From the NCBI GenBank assembly GCA_038496445.1, contig JALMLS010000471.1:1-64000 (forward strand): DNA of 64,000 nucleotides, in the 5' to 3' direction. Positions within the stretch are counted from its first letter, which is position 1. Each line of letters begins with the position of its first letter. The DNA is from Trichosphaerium sp. ATCC 40318. Lineage: Eukaryota > Protista > Tubulinea. The translations under genes were made by a program, and so were the position numbers. A model generated the notes under the pieces. That model had not been told where the DNA came from. It made no database searches and saw only the letters and a list, made by a program, of their open reading frames with translations. Shown piece by piece: positions 1-11,779 of this stretch.

Positions 1-496
1 CCATACTTCGTTTTTTAAAGGATTCGTACTAGTAGACCTGAGTTATTCACAAAAAATAGAAAAATCAAGAAATTGTTGGTTTTTGGGTATTTTTAGATTT
101 TTTCGCCTACTTTTAGAGCCATGCCGATACAAACCTAACTACTGCTTACTTGGGTGAAAATACATGTTTTATTGTTGACCATTGGAGGCGATCGGCTTTG
201 GGGTGAGATGGTTGAGTTTTGAGTTTGTCAATTTTTTTATTTTGAATTTTTCTCCAAATTTCTATTAAGGACAGGTCATTGTTAAAACATGCAAATGGCA
301 CATTTTGGGCATGTTTTGGACACGTTTATATTCCATGCATTTGGCATGTTTTGGACACACATATTTTGTCCAATTTTGTAGTTTTGTACAGCAATTTGAA
401 TTGTGTGGAGGCCAAGTACCAGTACTATTACACCATTTGCCATGGCAAAGTATACATTAAGATATTAAATCAGCACATAAGCTCACACACCTCAAG

Positions 497-784
497 TTGT
501 GGGCTAAAAACAAAGTTAGCATCTATTGTAAAAACAACAAATCTTGCAAGTTTAAATTGGTATCTGGTGCTTTGAGATCAACTGTGGATCTTAGCCATAA
601 GTACCACAAACTTTATATCTCTGGTTTTGACATCAGGCACATTGTTGCTGAGCCAAGCAATGTGAACAGTGAATGTGAAATGTGCTATAGCCAACTGTTA
701 GAAGATGATCATTATGTTTGCATGAGCATTCACAATGGTTGTGGTTATTGTTTGAGTAGATATGCAACAGATGATGAACCTTAA
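497..784 (+). CDS. Cys-rich ORF fragment of unknown function (possibly the last exon of an element-borne gene)
   Basis: ORF with CEMC...C...H...CGYC pattern. No ATG; the upstream exon is uncertain. Confidence 0.2.
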   Translation: MWAKNKVSIYCKNNKSCKFKLVSGALRSTVDLSHKYHKLYISGFDIRHIVAEPSNVNSECEMCYSQLLEDDHYVCMSIHNGCGYCLSRYATDDEP

Positions 785-1031
785 AACACCTTCATCTATT
801 AATAATACATGTTTTTGTACCTTACGATTACAAGCTGCCATTTTATTGCAGTAATTTTTTTTTGGATTTTTTGATTGCCAAATCCAAACAAAAATTTGAT
901 GGCCAAATTTTTTTTTGATTGCAAGTGTATACTGATGTTGTGGTTTTGGCACACATGTGATATATGTGTACACATACATTGTATGGAAAAAGAGGAGTAT
1001 ATTCTGTATCCAATTTTTCATATTATTAATT

Positions 1032-1226
1032 GTACTCTACCCGTACGGATCCGTACGTAACCCGTACGGGTAGAGTACGGGTCAACAATACGGAACCCGT
1101 ACGGTTAAGTACGGGTCAAAAGTACGGGTTCCGTACGGGTTTAGTACGGGTCAAAAGTACGGAACCCGTACGGGTTAAGTACGGGTCAAAAGTACGGGTT
1201 CCGTACGGGTTTAGTACGGGTCAAAA
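1032..1226. repeat. Perfect 17-bp inverted repeat (1032-1048 / 1062-1078) followed by about 4.4 tandem 35-bp units built on CCGTACGG/GTACGGG
   Basis: GTACTCTACCCGTACGG ... CCGTACGGGTAGAGTAC. Units start at 1074, 1108, 1143, 1178 and 1213. Confidence 0.92.
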
Positions 1227-2133
1227 TCCCGATTCCAGTACTGTAATGAATGACCAAATAGATGACACTGATGTAAGTTGATTTTGTGGATTTTTTTGTT
1301 TGGTTGTTGTTTTGTGGTAATAGCGTTGTAGGATATGAAAAAATAAAACACTATAGATGCCAGCATTTGCTCTTAAATGTTCTTTGGCATGGATGTGTAT
1401 CAAATAAAATTATTGCTGCTGTTTCAAGTTGTTTTTTATTGATTGTTTTCAATAAAGTTGATAAACTGCACCATTAACAGCCAAGCTGTTATTAAACAAT
1501 TGCTACTACAGACCCATCAAGCTTTTTAACAACAAGTACAAGATCTTTATGAAGGTACTCAATAATCAACTACTAAATCTGCAAAATCAGCATTTTTATT
1601 TACAAATTATCAATTTGCCTTTATTTAAATAACTTACAGCACAACAGACACAATAGCAACTACACAAAAAGAGAGTTTTTAACTGTTTAAATCCAATGGA
1701 TATTGGTTCAATAAAAAACATCACTGCAGGTCATGAACAGCGTATATATTCTTACACACGTGTGTTTTACCCCCAGCAACGTTAGAGGTCGTCTTAGGAC
1801 GAAAGTTTTTGTGTTATTAACGTTTGTCCTTATTACCTTTCAATTACAGATCCAACAGTTCATTACGTACATGAGAGCTATGTTTGCTGTCACTCTGACA
1901 AAGTACTACATTTTGCACGCAGTACCATTCCACTACTTCCTCGAGGAGCTACTCCTTCATTGGCGAATCTAGTTGGGCTCAACCGCGTTGGGCAATTTTT
2001 CCTCAAGGTTACTTTCACACTGCACCTTTTGTGCAAAGTACAGTTTAACGAAGCAGAGAGGCGTTGTTTGATTAAGTAAACCTGCCTTGACTCTTTTACT
2101 CAACATTTCGCAACTCTGTAGAAAGTACAAAGC

Positions 2134-4331
2134 ATGGGTCGTAAAACTAACACCAAGATGCTGAACCATGTTCGGTACAAGCCGAAATCAGCTGTACGCT
2201 ATTTTACACAGGCCAACCACTAACTCTTGTAGTTGAGGGCTAAAAAGGAATACTGGTCAAGCTCCAAGGCGCGCAGGAACGCACAAGTCAGTCAATTCGA
2301 CTTTAGGTACATTACCTAAACAAAATACTTGAGAAATGACTTGAAACAGGCGGTTATGTATTCTAAAGGGTATTTACCCGCGTGAACCACGGAATAGACA
2401 CAAGAAAGGGTTCAAACCTGATGCAATTCTATACAGGTACGCCCAAGACCGCTGTTCTTGCTCGTAGTATACGTTATGACATTTTTTAAAGAGCGAAGGA
2501 TGTACGCCATCTATTACACGACCCAATGCTTGAAACGATGCTCAAGCTCAAGACGTGGCACAAGAGAGTAAAGCGAGCAGAGCAAGCTGGCGATTTTGAC
2601 GCAATTCGCACATTAGTTACAGAAAAACCGAAGATGAACCTAGACCACGTTGTACGTATTTCTTTTTGACACTTGGTAAAACAATGCTTTTTTTTTTTTG
2701 AAACCAGAAATGAAAAGGTTGAGCTGATTGTAATTGTTTTTCGCAGGTCAAGGAGCGCTACCCTACGTTTGAAAAAGCTCTTCAAGGGCTGGACGATGCT
2801 TTATCCGTCCTTGCTCTATTCGCACACATGCCAAAAATATCAGATCAACTGCCACACGCGCACCTCAACACAGCCAATGCATATTTGAAATACTTTAAAT
2901 TCTACGTATCCAAGACGAATGCCTTGAGAAAAACCTTTGTCTCCATCAAGGGTATCTATTATTCAGTTGATATTCACGGTCACAGAATCACCTGGCTAGA
3001 GCCGCACAACTTTAACATGGCTGTACGTAATATGATTAGCCAAATCGCCAATTTTTGGATTTGACAAATATATGTTTTTTGCTTATTTTTTATTGCAGGT
3101 GAACGCTAGTGTTGGTCAGCAATTAATCGTCATTTCTTTCCTTGAGTTTTATTTGGTATACATGGGATTTGTAATGTTCAGACTGTTCAACCAGGCCGAG
3201 CTATCGTACCCTCCAAAGGATGATGAGCTTGTCATTCAGTACCTGTCCGCCGAAACAGTCGACAAAATGCACCACACAGACGACGATGATGAGGTAATGA
3301 ATCATTTTTTTGGTTTTTTTGAGCACCCCACCAAGCGTGCCACCATTTCTTGCATTCGTATTCAGTTGCTGACACGGATGTGATGTAGGACGCCGAGATG
3401 CACGATGAAGTCGTTGAGATTGATAACAATGTACTAGAGCAGGCTGTCACAAGACAACAAGAATCTGACGAACACAACACGGTGACACCAATGGAAGAAG
3501 AAGACCAAGCCGATATGAACGAAAACGTCCCTCCAGAGCAGTTTGAGAAGGATCGAGATGCCCTCCTCGACAAAGGCAAAGGGCGTGTGGCTTCAGTGTT
3601 TAGCGACTTGGTATTCTACCTTGGTCGTGAAACGCCAATGACGTCGCTAGCCTTTATCATATTGGCTGCCGGTGGCGAGGTGACGCTGGATGTAGATGAT
3701 GAGAATATAACACACGTTGTATGGGATCGTCATGACATGAAGCACCGCATGTTGGACCGCGACTACGTCCAACCTCAGTGGGTGTACGACTCGCTCAACT
3801 TTGCAGTGCCAATGCCTGTGACCGATTATGCCCCAGGCGCTGTCCTACCACCTCACTTGTCGCCTTACACCAACTACGGAAGGGAGAGCCATGTACCAGC
3901 CTACAAAAAGAAGGCTGAGAAATACAAAGCCGCTTTACTTGGACACGATGAGCCATACGTTAGAAAGCCAAAGCTGGTGCAAGACGAAGGGGTACGTTTT
4001 GTGTTCTTTTTTTATTTTTTATTTGTCTTACTTTCAAGTCGTTAACCATCTGCTGTTATAGCCTAATGAGGAACAAGTTGAGGATAATTATGCACGCGAG
4101 CTACAGGCTGAACGGGAAGGTAACTACGCCCCTGTTGAAGCAGATGTCACTATTGAAATGAGAAAACGAGCCCAGACAGAAAAGGCGCTCAAGGAGAAAG
4201 CACAAGTTAAGGATATGGCATTAGAGTTTAAACCAAATAAAGTCAAGAAAGCCATACGCCATCACCAAAAGCAGCGAAATAAAAGAGACAAAAGGAATGC
4301 AAGACTTGCTGAGCGTGCTAAAAAACAATAA
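2134..4331 (+). CDS. PES1: Pescadillo/Nop7 ribosome biogenesis protein with BRCT domain (multi-exon)
   Basis: Spliced product has DFRRLCILKGIYPREP, KERYPTF..AL..LDDALS, LRKTFVSIKGIYY and BRCT YVQPQWVYDS..LPPHLSPY. Includes a 31-nt intron at 2437-2467. Confidence 0.95.
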
Positions 4332-4668
4332 ATGTACAAATAATTACAACATACTTTTGGTCTCGTTTTTTTGTTCGCTTTGTGTTCACTTTTTGGAATT
4401 TACTCCAATCGTTATCGCATGCTTTTTGAATGTCAAAACTTCTCATCCACTATCTTGACTGTTGGGTGATGTCACCCCTTCAAATACTTGATCAGGTCGC
4501 TACTCTCCCCACTCGAAACAAGTGGTCTTAAATGTCACACAGACTTAAACAAATCATTGCTCTCTGACACGAACCACGTAAAGCGTTACTGTACGTGGAA
4601 TAACCAAAAGTACTTTATACCAGTCCAGTGTTGTACTCCAAGGTGTATTTTTTCATCAAGTAAACAAA

Positions 4669-6167
4669 ATGGCGGACGACGAACGCCAACGCCTTATTGA
4701 ACTCGGCAAGATGGTACAGTACAGTAACGGTTAATAAACCATTTTTAAACAATTGTAGCTAAGTGCTGACGCGTCAGACAGCTCCCTAACAGCTACACAA
4801 CCAACAAGTAGCGTTCATACGCAAAACCCTACCCAAACAGCAAATATTCAAGTGCCAACGTCGACACTTGCCTCTAATCCAGTGCCACACACTACAGATA
4901 GTCCATTACGCTACAAACTGTTGGAACAAACAAACAAACAACTCCTACAAGAAAAATTAACCAATAGCGCAACAATACAGAAGCACGAAAAGACAATACA
5001 GGCACAAAAGGAGGAAATTGTGTCGTTGCAAGAGCAATTACAAGTACGTAACGTAAACAACGCGCTAGAAGTATTAATACAACCGCAGAAAGCGAAGGAC
5101 GCAAATAGTGACACTTTGTTAAAATTCCAAGGCGTTGATGGAAAACTTGCAACCCTAGACAATTTACAGCGCGAGAACGAACACTTATCGACCACCCTGG
5201 AGCAAGTAAGAAATGATCACAAACAAGAGCTGGAAGCACAACGACAGAAACTTGTGACAGAATCAGACAGAACTATAGGCAGTTTGCGAACACAGCTCGA
5301 AGCTGCCGGTAAGTCGTTCAATCAACTAGTTCCTTTTGTTTGTTACAATGTACCGGCCTTGTCTCACCCAATCACAGGTACTGCTACAAATGCCGCACAA
5401 ATGGAGAGCAACAGGCTACGCAAACAAATTGAAGAGATGACAGCCATGACTCAACGCGCCAATGTCACTGTCGAGCAATCGCAACAACACCAACACCTCT
5501 TGGATAATATTACCGCCTTGACTACGGCGGTTACCGCTGGTACGTTAAAACAAGTCTGATAATCCAATAAACCGATACAATAACCTAACATATACCCCTA
5601 GCTGAACGCCAACGCGATGAAGCCATAGCACGTGCTGACAAACTGGAAGCAGCAAAGCCACAGCAAAGCGACAGTCCCAAGAGATTGCCCAGCAATGACA
5701 GCGTGTATAACGCGGAATTGGTAAAACTTCAAGCCGCTAGAGGGAGATATGAGGCCGCCGAGCGGGAAGCAAGTGCCTCTATTGTTACACTCCATAACCA
5801 AAGGAACAAGTTGATGAAGCAGTTGCAAACTGAAATAGAACGCAATGGAAGATTGCTGCAGGAGACGACAAAACTGAAATATGACTTACAAGTGCAAAAG
5901 ACGGTGATAGTTAATATAGCTGATCGTATGGCTGCTGGCGCACCTATTAATACTATCGAAGCAAGTGGTACAACAGCGGCAAGGAAAAGGAGTAAAACCA
6001 AACGAAGACAATATCCTAAAGTGGCAGGTTCTGGACATGCGCATAACGCTGCTGAACACGCTCACGGCGAGGGGCACAACCACAGCCATTCATCAGGATC
6101 GTGTAACCACCCTCACAACGGAAACCACGGCCACCAACACCGACCACACACAGAGCAAGGTGCGTGA
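4669..6167 (+). CDS. Coiled-coil protein with His-rich C-terminal tail, function unknown (multi-exon)
   Basis: ORFs 4852-5559 and 5685-6167 are linked by GT-AG introns. Heptad-rich Q/E/L/K sequence ending HAHGEGHNHSHSSGSCNHPHNGNHGHQHRPH. Confidence 0.75.
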
Positions 6168-6742
6168 ATGAATGCGAAAAACAACAACTCTTTTTTTTTT
6201 TTGGGTTTTGAAAACAAAAGAAATGTCGTTAGTGCACATCCGGGACTAACTTGTACAGGACATACCGAAGCGCCAGAAGACAACCATAGCGAGCTTATTT
6301 CTTCGGGAAGAGTACCACACGTTGTAAAAAAAAGCTACCAAGTCCCATTGTAAAATTAGATAGACCACACAATTAAAATACCGAATAAGCCAACGGAAGA
6401 AATTTTATTATGTCATGACACGAAAATGAAAAACGGTTGTAGGTACCTACTAGTACTGGTTTGTACCAAAAAAAAAGGGTTGATACCAAACGGGATAACT
6501 TACTGTACATCGCCTAGGTGTAATACTGCGTACCGCGGCGCTATACAGTGTAACGTATATTGACGACAAAAAGGAAGGGTGTCATTCGCCTTAACATAAT
6601 TTTCTGAACTACCTCATAAAAAAAATCACCTGAGCGCAAATAAGTCAAAGAACAATATTTCAGGTCGATTTAACATCATTTTCGATCATAGAACGCAAGG
6701 CACGGCGGCAAAGCGCACTTTTTTTGTGTTTGGAGTGCGCCA

Positions 6743-9700
6743 ATGAGCAAACGAGACACCAGCTACGATGAAAGTACAGAAGTACTACACGAGAGAGCCA
6801 AAGCTAGACGATGCCTAAAATCTGAGTCTAATGGATCGTTTAAATCATTCGTTAATAGTAGCACGTGCGTTAACACATGCCCAGTAAAAAAGAACGGCCA
6901 CGCTAATTTTTTTTTTTGCTTTTTTTTTTTTTGGTTTATTTTTTTTCCTGGTTGCGCCACGTGCGTGAAACGATAATTTTTTTCGGTTGTACAAACCAAT
7001 ACCTTTTGGTTTTGTTGTGCGTAGGTAAAGCGCAGATTGGGTATTTTTTTTTTTTTTTTGCTTTTTTTTTGATTTTCGGTTTTTTTGGCTTGTTTTTTCT
7101 TTTGGCGCGTTTCTCTATCCACGACATTGATCCAGAGTAGAGAATTGCCGACGCCTTTCACACCGGAGACTATAGAACAAACTGGGCTTGCAACAACGGA
7201 ACAGGGGTTTGGCAACGATGTTACGATCACTGCACAGGCTTCCGCTTCAGCACTTCATTCCACTTCCAAACATAACGTTGCCTCACACGCACAGAGCGAA
7301 GTGAACATGGTGTACGCCCTACGTTGTGATTGTTACACACTGTTTGCCGTAAAGCGAAAAAAGCGCTAACCTGCCTCATTTATCTTTGTTACTCCTAACA
7401 GCCCGTCCGTGAACAGGTCCTCAGAACCGACCAGCATGTGGAACCACGAGTCAGGCAGGTCCGCGTATGATGCATTTGCCCATGGCAATTCAACGGATGC
7501 ACTACACCAGAACAGAACACAGCAGAGCACAATGCGACCCAGGTCACAGGCACCAGTCGTGAAACTAACAATAAACTTGGGTACGTAACGTTTTTTTTTT
7601 TTGAATTGAAAAAAATTTAGCCTTGCACTTCTCACCCCTTTTCTAGACAAAACGTACAGCAACTTGACCAAGGTACTTTATTCATCCAACCTCGTGATTT
7701 TTACGCGCTACAACAACCAAGAGCCGGTTTTTGAAGGCCGCAAACAAAACTTTCACAAAACCGTTTCACCTTATTTGCTTTGCAGGTTTTTGCCCATAAG
7801 TTGAGTCAAGTGCAGCAAGTCAAGGAGCGAAACTACTACAAAGTACAATTGGGTGAAATGTTAGGAGATTTCTATCAAGTCACAGAGATTTTGGGTGCAG
7901 GATCACACGCTCAGGCAGTCGCTGCGGTAGACACACGAACAGAGGGTACACTTTGTTGAGCAATAGAATTCTTTTCTTAGTAGAGGCACAATTTGAAAGT
8001 GCGTTTGGTGAATCCTACAGCTTCATGAGAACTGGAAGGGTTTGCAGTATCGTCGTATTGCAGAAAATCGATTGGATTTGACGTGAATACTCGTTTTTTT
8101 GCTTTTTTGTTGTCTGATATCATGATAATGTTGACGTCACGGTTTCTTACTGCCTTCATAGAAAAATTCGCCATAAAGATTGTACGGAACAGTCCAGCGT
8201 TTAAAACGTGCGTATTAGTCATTACCTTATTACGGAAATACAATATTTATTTTTGGAAGTGGTGCTCGCCAGGAGATTGAAATACTCAAATTTTTGAATG
8301 CATCGCCGCACGGCACATCCCACATAGGTACCATTAAACTATTGCTATAACCTGTTCCAATGCTAAGAATGATATTACAGTGGAATACAAGACAGTGTTT
8401 GAGCATAATGGGCACATGTGCATAGTGTTTGAGCTTCTCTCACACAACCTCCTCAAACTCCTAAACTTTACGATTGAAAAAACGTCTCCTGGCCTATCCC
8501 TGCGCGTCATTAAGAAGATTTGTTATCAACTCCTTTACGCTTTGATTGTTTTGCGCAACAAGAAGATTATACACAGGGATTTAAAACCAGAGAGTAAGCA
8601 AAAGGACAAGCCGACCGCAACGTTTGTGAATATTCTCCCTAATCGTTTTTGTATTAGACATAGTGTTGATATCACCCACGTCCGCTCATGTCAAGTTGAT
8701 AGATTTTGGGAGTTCAGTATCGGCGTCTAACAAGGACGAGCTGGTATGTCTGCCTCAACTTGCTTGTGTTTCAAGTTTTATTTTTTTTTAATACTAAAGG
8801 CGTTCTTGAACAAAATAGAAGTATCCCTACGTACAAAGTAGATACTACAGGGCACCTGAGATATTGCTTGGTACTGAATACAGCTATCCTATCGATATGT
8901 GGAGTTTGGGATGCGTATTGGTGGAGCTCTACACAGCACAGCCTCTCTTCCGAGGAGACGACTCAAAGGACCAACTGTACAAAATAATAGACGTCCTGGG
9001 TCCACCCAGCTCTACCATGATGCGCGGTTATTACGCCAGGCACATATTCAAGGTTGGCAGGGACACTTTACCGCGGCAGGTACGCACATTTTTGGGTTGC
9101 TTAATGCTTACTCATAACACTGTCTCTTGTTTTGGTACACACTAACGCATTGGTACTAGGATGGCGAGAGGACATCGCTCCTGGATATTATTGAGTCGAA
9201 GAAGGCGCCGGATATTAATGTGTCAGAACTTGAAGCCTTCCACGATCTAGTATCTAAAATGCTGGTGTATGAACCACGAAATCGAATCACTCCACTGGAC
9301 GCAGTGAATCATCCATTTTTGAAAAAGAAGTTTGCAAAGCAACCCAAGATCGTGCAGCCCTCTGCCGTGCAAATGTCACCCAATATGTCTACAGGTGGTC
9401 GGCGTATGTCGCGGATAGTAGAGCCTCAACAACAACAGCGACCGCAAGAGCGACAACAGCGGCGATCACAAGAAGTAGCACCAGTATTAGTGCCAAACAA
9501 ACACATACATAGACCTCAGCACAGACGGAGCATGTCTTTTGAGGGCGCTGCACAGAGCGCCAGTGTTAACGCCTTCTATGACGTACATGGCTATCCAACC
9601 CAACGCGCACGCGCCAAGGGTTATTACACAGACGATGGCGCTATGTTGAGCAATGCGATGCATCATATAGCGCTGAATAGACGAGAGTCTGAGCGACGAG

Positions 9701-9858
9701 ATTCAATGGGATCTGGCAGATCCTGCTTTTGGCCAAACTCAATACGCGCAACCAAACTTGGCGCCAACCGCCGTAATAACCCCAGGAAAAGGAGTGCTTC
9801 TCGGACGTACGGTAGGCAGACCGAGGATTTTGACTTTTCTAATCGTGTAACATATTAA
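6743..9858 (+). CDS. DYRK1/Yak1-family dual-specificity protein kinase (multi-exon; first exon less certain)
   Basis: [14 protein letters not shown] (DYRK1-like N-terminal motif), AIKIVRN, HRDLKPEN, LIDFGS, activation loop [21 protein letters not shown]. Confidence 0.9.
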
Positions 9859-10277
9859 TTTCAACCAACAAACCCTCACCAAAAATAATTTCTGAAAACC
9901 ACCTCCTCTTCTTCCGTTCAAAACAAAAAAAAAAAAGGAAAAAAAACCCAAAAAGAAAAAGGGGATCATGTAACTGTATGTAAATATAATAAACCCACAC
10001 GCTGTGAAAAAAAACTGTCCCATGGCTTTTTTCCTGCTCGCACCAACCAACCCCAACTCGTTAACTGTTAAGACGTTGATTAGGGCAAAAACATTTCATG
10101 ATGTTTGAGTTTCTTGTTATTAGAGTTGTTCTACAATCTTTTCGATGCTTTTGCGTTGAAGTGTCGTTTGGAATAAAATAAATGCCTTGACGCAATGATA
10201 TAGATTTACAGCAATCCAACAGCGTACAAAGTGTTGAATTAGCCTTTGAAGCGCGATTATCAGCGCCTGTGTTGAGT

Positions 10278-10703
10278 TTAATGTCCACGTCCGGCCCAGT
10301 TGGCTTGGTCGAATGGGTTTTTACCCTGTTTCAACAACGTAATACGATGACCAGTACGTGAAGGTCCATAAGCGCCACTCGCTAAAACTAGTGTCAGTAT
10401 CCCTTAGGCATAACATAACAACGTACTCTCCCATCCTGTAGCTGGTTCTTTACCAATGGTGTAAATTAGAGTGAAAACAGTAATTGATACACCATAGAAT
10501 AATAGTGGGACAGTGCCTTTGAAAAAGGTGTATGCGTTGGCGCAACCAATTTTGAAAAAGCTAACTGGCGAAACCATGCGAGCTTGTCTGATTTGTAGCA
10601 TGCTAGTTGCGTTGAACGGCCTAATAGGCGCTTTCTTGAAAAACGACAATGGGATCTTAGCGTCACGAGAGATGGTGTTTGGTGCACCGTATTGTTCTGC
10701 CAT
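10278..10703 (-). CDS. Small single-pass membrane protein, possibly a mitochondrial NDUFA4/B12D-like subunit
   Basis: Two exons (GTACGT donor). One hydrophobic segment VPLLFYGVSITVFTLIYTIG. Family assignment is weak. Confidence 0.55.
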
Positions 10704-10790
10704 GGTTATTGTGTGAAATTGAGTGCAAATGTCGACTTTGCAAGAATATTCGACCAGGCCAAAAAAAAAAAACCACGCTTTTAACCACAA

Positions 10791-11664
10791 ATGGCCACAA
10801 CTCAAATTACGACCCTCACACAGCTCGAAAAACTATCTGAATTTAGATATGGACAAATTATCATCAATTTCTGGGCTGAATGGTCCAAACCATCCAAGCA
10901 AATGAACGCAGTGTTCGAACAACTTGCAAAGAACCACCCAAGCATAAAATTCGTAACCGTACGTAACCTACAAACCGCAATTTGTTCAAATTCACATAAT
11001 ACGCCTAGGTCGAGGCGGAGGAAGTGGGGGAAGTGACCGAGAAGTACTCTGTCGAGTCTGTACCTGCTTTTATCTTCTTAACAGTACGTAAAACGCAAAC
11101 TTACAGTCTGGCGTACAGTGTCATTCGAAGTTAACGCGTTGGTAGTCGGGAAAGCAAGTGAACAAGGTGATTGGCGCTAACCCACAGGATTTGAGTGCTC
11201 GTGTTGGCGAGTTTGGTCTCGAAGGCAAATCTGCCAAGGAAGAGCTATGGAAGCGCCTAGAGAGCTTGATAAATAGCGCTGATGTGGTTGGATTCATCAA
11301 AGGTACAATACAACAAAAACCCATCTCACTACTCACTGTAACAACAATGTCTTAGGTACCCCTGAAGCACCACGTTGCGGATTTTCTGGTAGATTCTGCA
11401 AGGCCCTTCAAACAGAAGGCGTAGAATTTAAAACCTTCGACATCCTGTCCGACCAAGCCGTCAGGCAAGGATTGAAAGAGTACTCACAGGTACGTAAAAA
11501 GAAAAATTACAACCAAATCCCCGAATTTGTTTTTGGCTAATGTTATTATTCCCTTCTAGTGGCCAACATATCCACAATTGTACATCAAAGGCAAACTGGT
11601 AGGTGGATTGGACACTTTAACTGAGTTGGTGGAAGATGGAGAGTTCAAAGATATGCTTGCTTAA
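10791..11664 (+). CDS. GLRX3: Monothiol glutaredoxin Grx3/PICOT type (Trx-like domain + one CGFS Grx domain), 5 exons
   Basis: FWAEWSKPS Trx-like domain; [12 protein letters not shown]; [27 protein letters not shown]. Confidence 0.93.
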
Positions 11665-11779
11665 AACAAATCTACCTCTCACACAAAAAATACACGTGAC
11701 TATGTAAAATAAATAAAAGTCAGTCTGGGAGAGTCAAAAAAGGGTTTGTCAGTTATGTGTGACTTGGGATTGAACCTAG

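Larger units (their letters stand above)
1..1730. mobile_element. Candidate degenerate transposon/repeat-derived region (AT-rich, CpG-depleted, with an internal palindromic repeat array)
   Basis: Only about 3 CG dinucleotides seen in 260-1030 plus 1240-1730, while CG is abundant in the neighbouring genes. Contains a subterminal-repeat-like array at 1032-1226. No transposase motif recognised. Confidence 0.3.

Noticed and set aside
1074-1226. CRISPR-like appearance of the 35-bp periodic array
   Set aside because: No unique spacers, no cas genes, eukaryotic context; it is a tandem repeat.
6763-7230. Lys- or Phe-rich ORFs on both strands
   Set aside because: Artefacts of poly-T tracts in a DYRK intron.
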